From the IMG/VR virus record IMGVR_UViG_3300025012_000055, positions 1 through 64,000 of that record: a stretch of DNA of 64,000 nucleotides. One strand, written 5' to 3'. The translations under genes were made by a program, and so were the position numbers. Below are positions 57,445 through 64,000 of the stretch, one piece after another. The notes below the pieces were generated by a model that worked only from the letters and a program-made list of their open reading frames with translations, was not told the DNA's origin and searched no databases. Origin of the DNA: a virus. Numbering within the stretch: position 1 is the first letter of the stretch; each line of letters begins with the position of its first letter.

Positions 57445-58143
57445 ATGAAAGATCAAATATCCAGAATGAAAGAATTGATTAATTATAATATTAATTATGG
57501 TTATATTAATGAAGAAATGGAAACTTCTGATAATTTTATAAATAATACATTTCAAGAATATAAAGAAAAAAATGCAATTGCAGTTGAGGTTAGCATTGAT
57601 TCAGAAAATGATGTTGATTACAGATTAGCACTTATATTAAGATTTACAAATGTTAGTGGATATGATGAATTAGTATTTTATTTTTCATTAATAGATAAAA
57701 ATAATCAGTTTGTAAAAGGAAAAGAAAGTATTTATAATAGAGAAGAAGCAAATAAATATTTACCAAAAAAATTACAAGGTAGTATTTCTTTTTTTACTAA
57801 ACTAAAAGAAATGTTTAAAAAATTAATAAATATGGAAACACCAGATATATTTTTTATGGAAACATATGAAGATTTTATAAGTGAAAGATTATTAAATCCT
57901 TATAGAAATTTAATTCCATTAATATTGGAAAATGGATATCTTTTGGAAAAAGAAGGAATATCCCATGATAAAAAGAAATATTATTGGAAATTTGTAAAAA
58001 AAACAAATCAACAAATAAAAGAAGATAAGGAATTTGAATATTTTATAAATAATTTTAAAAAAGATGATGAATATTGGGAAAAATTTAATAAAGAATCAAG
58101 AATAATTATTGAGAAAATGTATGGAAATAAAAAAATTATTTAA
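57445..58143 (+). CDS. hypothetical protein (possible internal virion protein)
   Basis: ISRMKELI N-terminal motif; paralog at 27542. Confidence 0.75.
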   Translation: MKDQISRMKELINYNINYGYINEEMETSDNFINNTFQEYKEKNAIAVEVSIDSENDVDYRLALILRFTNVSGYDELVFYFSLIDKNNQFVKGKESIYNREEANKYLPKKLQGSISFFTKLKEMFKKLINMETPDIFFMETYEDFISERLLNPYRNLIPLILENGYLLEKEGISHDKKKYYWKFVKKTNQQIKEDKEFEYFINNFKKDDEYWEKFNKESRIIIEKMYGNKKII

Positions 58144-58146
58144 AAA

Positions 58147-59124
58147 ATGAAAACTTTAAAATCCGTTGGTGAGTTCCCAAATATAAGAAAAGGAGAAATC
58201 AAAAAAGGAAATAATAATATCTTGTCTTCCCTCAAAATTAAAAATGATTTAAACAGAGATATTTGGGATGAAAATGATCAACTAAAAGAAAATATAAAAA
58301 AAAATCTTTTGGAAGTTGGAAAAGATTTCTTTGATTATCTTGAATTAACCACAGAAATTAAAGATATAATAATAACAGGTTCTCTTTCAAATTATAATTG
58401 GTCCAAATATTCGGATATTGATTTACATGTTATTTTTGATTTTAATGATGTCAAAGAATCTGATGATATAGAATTTATAAAAGAATACAGCAATGCAAAA
58501 AAATCAATTTGGAATGATACCCACAATATAAAAATAAAAGGATTCGAGGTAGAAATATATGGGCAAGATAAAAATGAGGTTCATAAATCTAATGGTATTT
58601 ATTCTGTTTTAAATAATAAATGGATAATAAAACCAATAAAAAAAGAATTTAAAGTTGACTATGAATTAATTAAAAATAAAGCAAATCAATTAATGAAAGA
58701 AATTGATAATTTATCTTCTGATAATAATTTAATAAAAAAAATTGATAAGATTAAAGATAAAATAAAACGTATGAGAGAATGTGGTCTTGAACAGGGTGGG
58801 GAATATTCCATTGAAAATTTAACTTTTAAAATGTTAAAAAGAAGTGGTTATTTAAAAAAACTAAATGATATTAAAAATAAATCTTATGATAATGAACTCT
58901 CAATTAAAGAAAAGTTAAATACAGAAGAATCTGATATGGGTCCAACTATTGGAGAACCAAAGGATAAACATGGATATGATGATTCTGGGAATGAAAATGC
59001 AATGGGTTGGTGGGGATTGGAAGGTGGTGGAAGTTCCGATTATTCCTCATCTTCCTTTGATTCAAGTTCCGATATTTTTGATTTAAAAGAATCATTAAAA
59101 AAAGAATTAAGAAAATATTTATAA
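58147..59124 (+). CDS. Pol-beta-fold nucleotidyltransferase
   Basis: TGSLSNYNWSKYSDIDLH, VEIY, GEYSIENLTFK. Confidence 0.85.
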   Translation: MKTLKSVGEFPNIRKGEIKKGNNNILSSLKIKNDLNRDIWDENDQLKENIKKNLLEVGKDFFDYLELTTEIKDIIITGSLSNYNWSKYSDIDLHVIFDFNDVKESDDIEFIKEYSNAKKSIWNDTHNIKIKGFEVEIYGQDKNEVHKSNGIYSVLNNKWIIKPIKKEFKVDYELIKNKANQLMKEIDNLSSDNNLIKKIDKIKDKIKRMRECGLEQGGEYSIENLTFKMLKRSGYLKKLNDIKNKSYDNELSIKEKLNTEESDMGPTIGEPKDKHGYDDSGNENAMGWWGLEGGGSSDYSSSSFDSSSDIFDLKESLKKELRKYL

Positions 59125-59152
59125 CTTTTCTTTTTATGTAATATTTATATAA

Positions 59153-59268
59153 TGAAGTTTGTTTAAATTGGTTAATAAAATAATCAATAAAATATTAAAA
59201 ACCCAATACCATTCATTTTTTTCCAATATTAATCAATTGGCAAACTTCAAAATGGGTGTGAGGGTTTT
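59153..59268 (+). promoter_or_regulatory. structured 5' leader (long stem plus pseudoknot-like pairing)
   Basis: 59153-59177/59227-59249 and 59198-59213/59251-59268. Confidence 0.55.
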
Positions 59269-59294
59269 ATATTTTTTTAAAAAAATAAACTTAT

Positions 59295-60308
59295 ATGATA
59301 ATAACAAAATTTATAAAAATAAAAATTGGGGGTGGAAATATAAAACATTTTAAAAATTTAGGATATAAAATAAAGCGATTGGATATTATTACAATACCTA
59401 TTGAACACCTACAAAAAGGAAGTCATCAAAAGATTAAAGTAAAATGTGATGTTTGTAATATAGAAAAAGAAATAGAACATAGATTATATTTAAAAAATAC
59501 TAAAAATTATACTATTGAATATTCTTGTTCTCAAAAATGTGCTTATAATATAGGTAAAAATCAAAAAACTTGTTTAAAAAAATATGGAGTGGAATTTACA
59601 TCTCAAATAAAAGAACATAAGGAATTAGTAATAGAAACATGGAATAACAAATCAGAAAAAGAGTTAGAAGAAATAAATAATAAACGTAATAATACTAAAA
59701 AAGAACTTTATGGAGATAAGTATTATAATAATATGGATAAAAATAAACAAACAAAATTAAAAAACCATGGAGATGAAAATTATAATAACAGAAATAAATT
59801 TATAAAAACTTGTTTAAAAAAATATGGAGTAGAAAATGTTTTTCAAGTGGAAGAAATTAAAGAAATATCTAACCAAACTATATTAAACACTTATGGTGTT
59901 AAACATGTCATGCATTCAGATAAAATTAAAAATAAAGCATTTGAAACTAGATATGGAATAACTCATGAAAAATTTATTGAAAGATTATCTGATTTCTTAA
60001 AATATAGAAAAAAAATTTTAAAAATAACAAATCAGCAATTATTATTTTTATTAAAAAATTATAATAAAAGAGGAAATACTAAAATAAAAGGATCTTATCA
60101 TATTGATCATAAATTTTCAATTTTTGAGGGGTTTGTACAAAACATATCTCCACACATTATCGGTAATATAGTTAATCTTGAAATGTTAACTTGGGAAGAT
60201 AATTGTAGTAAACATACTAAGTGTTCATTAACAAAAAAAGAATTGTTTAATTTATATGACAATAAAAATAAAATATTGAAACAACTAGAAAAAGAATATA
60301 AAAAATAA
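59295..60308 (+). CDS. HNH-like endonuclease; paralog of 24437..25348
   Basis: KVKCDVC, KTCLKKYGVE and NHGDENYNNR repeats, HIDHKFS..IGNIVNL..N..K. Confidence 0.8.
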   Translation: MIITKFIKIKIGGGNIKHFKNLGYKIKRLDIITIPIEHLQKGSHQKIKVKCDVCNIEKEIEHRLYLKNTKNYTIEYSCSQKCAYNIGKNQKTCLKKYGVEFTSQIKEHKELVIETWNNKSEKELEEINNKRNNTKKELYGDKYYNNMDKNKQTKLKNHGDENYNNRNKFIKTCLKKYGVENVFQVEEIKEISNQTILNTYGVKHVMHSDKIKNKAFETRYGITHEKFIERLSDFLKYRKKILKITNQQLLFLLKNYNKRGNTKIKGSYHIDHKFSIFEGFVQNISPHIIGNIVNLEMLTWEDNCSKHTKCSLTKKELFNLYDNKNKILKQLEKEYKK

Positions 60309-60364
60309 TAAAATATAAATTTTTTTCTATTTAACTAATATTTATAATAAAAATATAAAAAATT

Positions 60365-61258
60365 ATGCCAAATTATTCAGAACAATATTTTAATCAAGAT
60401 GCAGGGCAACCTGCAGGTTTTTCTGATCAGGACAGAACAATTATAAAAGAAATTGAAGTTAGTGGGGATTCCACCAATAAAAAGTACATGGCCCAGCTTG
60501 TTGTTGTAAGGGGTGCTGGGGTTTCTCTTTCTACAGGAGATATTAATGTGGAATTATCACATTCAACCGATAGTGTTAGATTGGGAGATGCAACCACATT
60601 AACAAAAGTTGCTACTGGTGGATTTCTACTTGTTTCTGGGCAAACGGAAATAAAAAATGTTTCAACTGCTGCTGGCGGATTTTTACTTGTTTCTGGGCAA
60701 ACATCAATAAAAGATGTTGCAGTTTCTGGCAGTAGTTTACAGGTAATTTTGACTGATAATGAAGGTATGATCGGTTCTGTTGTGGGAAAATCTAAAAAAC
60801 CACAAATTTCCATAACTCGCCCATCCAATACTACTACCTATTCGATTTTGGATACAATTAATTCTGGAACTACCGTTATGGAAAGATTTAATATTGCCAG
60901 ATCAAATAACAAACTAGTGTGGTGTTTGGGGGGACATATGTCAAGTTCCGTTTCCGCAGCAACTTCTTTAAATTGTGATCTTCATATATTTTCATCTGGA
61001 TTAACCGTAACATCAGATAATACTTTATGGCAACCAAATGTTAATGAATTAACACATCATTTAGGTGTTGTATCATTTTCAAGTTGGAAAGTTTTAGGAA
61101 ATAGATCTGTTTCTGAAGGTAGTATTGAACAACCTTTTCTTTTAACTCCAGACCCAGATAATCCCTCTTCCGTTTGGAGTGAACTTATTGCCAGAAATGC
61201 TTATGTTCCTTCAAGTGCCGAAATATTAACTGCCAGTTTGGATATTTCACAAGATTAA
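60365..61258 (+). CDS. putative virion structural protein
   Basis: Ser/Thr/Gly-rich; GGFLLVSGQT repeated. Confidence 0.6.
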   Translation: MPNYSEQYFNQDAGQPAGFSDQDRTIIKEIEVSGDSTNKKYMAQLVVVRGAGVSLSTGDINVELSHSTDSVRLGDATTLTKVATGGFLLVSGQTEIKNVSTAAGGFLLVSGQTSIKDVAVSGSSLQVILTDNEGMIGSVVGKSKKPQISITRPSNTTTYSILDTINSGTTVMERFNIARSNNKLVWCLGGHMSSSVSAATSLNCDLHIFSSGLTVTSDNTLWQPNVNELTHHLGVVSFSSWKVLGNRSVSEGSIEQPFLLTPDPDNPSSVWSELIARNAYVPSSAEILTASLDISQD

Positions 61259-61297
61259 TCGGAAAAATTATTTGAATTTAAATTAAATATTTAAAAT

Positions 61298-61552
61298 GTG
61301 AAAAATAAAATAATTAGATTAACAGAATCAGAACTTAAACAAATTATTGAACACCAGGTTTATTCAAATGTTTGGAAAAAGGATTTTTATGGATATATTA
61401 AAAGATTGAAGGGTTTAATTGATGGAATTAATAAATCATTTGATTCAATGGATGATATTTCTTTTGATGATGAGATTAAGGAAAACTTTATTGAGGATTT
61501 AAAAAATGTTGGAAAAATGGTTAAGATTTCTGTGGATAAATTGGAAAAATAA
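61298..61552 (+). CDS. small protein with MKNKIIRLTESEL motif
   Basis: N-terminal motif shared with 5946 and 10881 genes. Confidence 0.65.
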   Translation: MKNKIIRLTESELKQIIEHQVYSNVWKKDFYGYIKRLKGLIDGINKSFDSMDDISFDDEIKENFIEDLKNVGKMVKISVDKLEK

Positions 61553-61574
61553 TTTTTAAAAATATAATTAACTA

Positions 61575-62303
61575 ATGAACCCCAGACTAAGAAAAACTCT
61601 TTTATTCAATACTAAGAAATTTAAGAATCAATATAGCTTTCTCTTTGATGGAATTAATGAATATATTGAAAGAAATAATGCAATAATCAATGGAACTCCT
61701 GCAACTTTTAGTGCGTGGATAAAGTTAAGTAGTTTAAATTTAGTTCAAAGAATAACCACAATAAATCAAAAATCTACTACTACTAATGTATTATCAATCT
61801 TTATTGATGCAAATAATAAGGCCAATGCACAGCATTTTGATGTGGATGGTGTAGCGGCATTAAGTACAACTGTTTTGACAACCAATACTTGGTATCATAT
61901 AGTCGGGGTTTTTACAAGTGATTCTTCAAGAACTATTTACGTAAATGGGGTTTCGGAAAATACAAATACAACAGTTCAATCCGCAATGACTGGATTAGAT
62001 TACACATCTTTTGGTTATATTGCTTGGACCACTAATATTCAGTTTTTTAATGGAAATATTGATGAAGTAGGTTTTTTTAACACCAATTTAACCGCAGCAC
62101 AAATAACTGAAATATATAATAATGGCAAGCCCAAAGACTTAAAAAAACATAGTATGGTAAATAATCTTGTTAGCTATTTTAGAATGGGAGATAAATCAAC
62201 ATGGGATGGAACAAATTGGACATTAGTGGATCAAAAAGGAACTAATAATGGAACAAGTGTGAACATGGAATATAATGACAGGAGTCTTGATGTAAAATTA
62301 TAA
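61575..62303 (+). CDS. LamG/concanavalin A-like lectin domain protein
   Basis: FDGINEY, TFSAWIK, WYHIVGV, IYVNG, FNGNIDEV. Confidence 0.9.
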   Translation: MNPRLRKTLLFNTKKFKNQYSFLFDGINEYIERNNAIINGTPATFSAWIKLSSLNLVQRITTINQKSTTTNVLSIFIDANNKANAQHFDVDGVAALSTTVLTTNTWYHIVGVFTSDSSRTIYVNGVSENTNTTVQSAMTGLDYTSFGYIAWTTNIQFFNGNIDEVGFFNTNLTAAQITEIYNNGKPKDLKKHSMVNNLVSYFRMGDKSTWDGTNWTLVDQKGTNNGTSVNMEYNDRSLDVKL

Positions 62304-62351
62304 TGATAAAAAATAAATTTTTAACTTAATATTTATAAATAAAATAATAAC

Positions 62352-62618
62352 ATGGTAGAAAATCTATATAAAATATTACCAATAACATCTGTTAGGCCAG
62401 AATGGTTTGGTGTTGCTACTGTTGAAAAATCATTAGAAAATTGTAGAAAAAATAATGATGGAACCAAGGTTATATTGAAAATCCCAGTTGGAGTCAAAGA
62501 TATTAATGATGTTCCTGACAAATGGAAACAAGATTTTATAAACAGTTCACCTTTTATGAATCATTCTCAAATTTTAATTGAAATGAGTAAACCTGAATGG
62601 GTCTCTAATATGATTTAA
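62352..62618 (+). CDS. small hypothetical protein
   Basis: RKNNDGTKVILK..EW. Confidence 0.7.
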   Translation: MVENLYKILPITSVRPEWFGVATVEKSLENCRKNNDGTKVILKIPVGVKDINDVPDKWKQDFINSSPFMNHSQILIEMSKPEWVSNMI

Positions 62619-62735
62619 TTAATTTTTAAAAAAAATAAACATATATTTATAATAAAATATAAACTTTTTTAAACTTACGTATATTTATAATAAAAAAATA
62701 AGAAATAAAAAATAATAATATTTAAATAAAAAATT

Positions 62736-63944
62736 ATGAACGACAAATCACAAAATTCAGAAAAAATAGTAGGAAAAGAATACTATGACAGATTAAGGGT
62801 TTTATCTGGAATACCACTGAAAGAAGAAAAAGAAAATAAAGATAATACAAAAACTGTTATAAAAGAAGGTATTATTAGTTCTCCAGAACTTATAAAAGAT
62901 TCTATTAAAAAAGCATGGGGTAAAAATTATTCAATACTTCGTGAGAATCATAAATATTTTATCAAGACAGCCACTGGAACTAAAAAACCTGAACAATTAG
63001 ACGAATCAGATTTTACATATATTGGTGGACTTGGAAATAAACTTAAATATAGATATGATTCATTGGCTGAGGCACAAAAACAACTTAACTTTATAATGAA
63101 ATCTCTTAATGAAGCATATAATTGGGTTAGCCCAGACACAATGGTAAAAGAACAAGTAATTGGTGGTGAAGAAGAAAAACCAGATGAAGAAGAACCTATT
63201 GCTGAACCAGAAACAGAAGTATCGCCAGAAGCATCTGCAGGGGTGGAAGAACCTGTTGGTGATAATATTCCATCAGCAGAACCAGAAGGTGGAGTTGCTC
63301 CAGATGCTGGTTTGGATGAACCATTAGCAGAACCAGAAGTGTCAGCAGAACCAGAAGTTTCTGATGATTTGGGTGATGATTTAGGTGATGATTTAGAAGA
63401 TGATCCAGTTCAATTAATTCAATCATTAAAAGGAAAATTGGCACAAAAAATAAGGATGACCGAATTAACACCAGAAGCAACCAAGGACGTTTTAAATACT
63501 ATTATATCCGCTCTTGATTTACAACAAGTGGATCCAGATGATAGATTATCAATAGCAAAAAAAGTTAGAAAGGGTGGTTCTGTAGAAAAAGAAGTAGAAC
63601 TCCAAGAAGATTTTGGTGATAAATCAAAAGGAACACAAACTGTTGGGAAAGGAAAAGTTACAAGTACGGCTGGTGGTGGAACTACAGAAAAGAAAAAAGG
63701 TGAATTTGGTAAATCTGCCAAAGGAACTCAGTCAATGGGTAAGGGTAGATTAAAAGCAGAAAGTGTTGAACTTATTGAAAAATTGGTAAAGGAATCATTG
63801 CTCAAATATAGAAAACCTGTTGTTAATCAACAACCTGTTAAAAAAGTAGTTTCTGAAAATAAAAATAGAACTTTTACTTCAGAAAGGTCAGATTTAAAAA
63901 GGATTGAAAATCTTATTGAATCTGTTCTTAAAAAAAAAGCCTAG
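62736..63944 (+). CDS. acidic prohead core/scaffold-like protein
   Basis: RLRVLSGI start, long E/D/P-rich linker, FGxxxKGTQ repeats. Confidence 0.55.
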   Translation: MNDKSQNSEKIVGKEYYDRLRVLSGIPLKEEKENKDNTKTVIKEGIISSPELIKDSIKKAWGKNYSILRENHKYFIKTATGTKKPEQLDESDFTYIGGLGNKLKYRYDSLAEAQKQLNFIMKSLNEAYNWVSPDTMVKEQVIGGEEEKPDEEEPIAEPETEVSPEASAGVEEPVGDNIPSAEPEGGVAPDAGLDEPLAEPEVSAEPEVSDDLGDDLGDDLEDDPVQLIQSLKGKLAQKIRMTELTPEATKDVLNTIISALDLQQVDPDDRLSIAKKVRKGGSVEKEVELQEDFGDKSKGTQTVGKGKVTSTAGGGTTEKKKGEFGKSAKGTQSMGKGRLKAESVELIEKLVKESLLKYRKPVVNQQPVKKVVSENKNRTFTSERSDLKRIENLIESVLKKKA

Positions 63945-64000
63945 CGCTAAGCAACAAATAAAGGAAAGTATTGCCCCAAACGAAATTCTTACAATGTTTG

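Noticed and set aside
59159-59353. 64-aa ORF
   Set aside because: TTG start, overlaps the structured leader and the nuclease gene out of frame.

Overview
Very AT-rich segment of a large T4-like (contractile-tailed) jumbo phage genome, standard genetic code. The host is very probably a Bacteroidota species: about 16 copies of the Bacteroidota sigma-A promoter (nTTG-N20-TAnnTTTG) drive the + strand early genes, and the tmRNA tag begins GE. The - strand carries a family B DNA polymerase and morphogenesis genes (tail sheath, tail tube, tail terminator, a -1-frameshifted tail chaperone, baseplate-like proteins). The + strand carries a translation-support set (ArgRS, TyrRS, a minimal HisRS, a ValRS C-terminal fragment, Pnkp, tmRNA, 10 tRNAs), MetF, DnaJ, a vWA/MoxR pair, SbcC/gp46 and a nucleotidyltransferase. 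A sirtuin, TnpB and several free-standing endonucleases are also present. Main discovery candidate: each of the two tRNA operons is preceded by promoter, short leader ORF, alternative antiterminator/terminator hairpins, and each leader is built from the codons read by the tRNAs immediately downstream (Leu/Pro/Gln; Asn/Ser/Trp/Ser/Ile/Arg/His). This looks like a ribosome-stalling attenuator that turns on phage tRNA genes when those tRNAs are depleted. Other candidates: a 36-nt repeat/30-nt spacer CRISPR-like unit embedded in a small ORF, a pseudoknot-like leader shared by two HNH-like genes, two orphan structured RNAs, and attC-like cassettes. All calls were made by eye without database searches.
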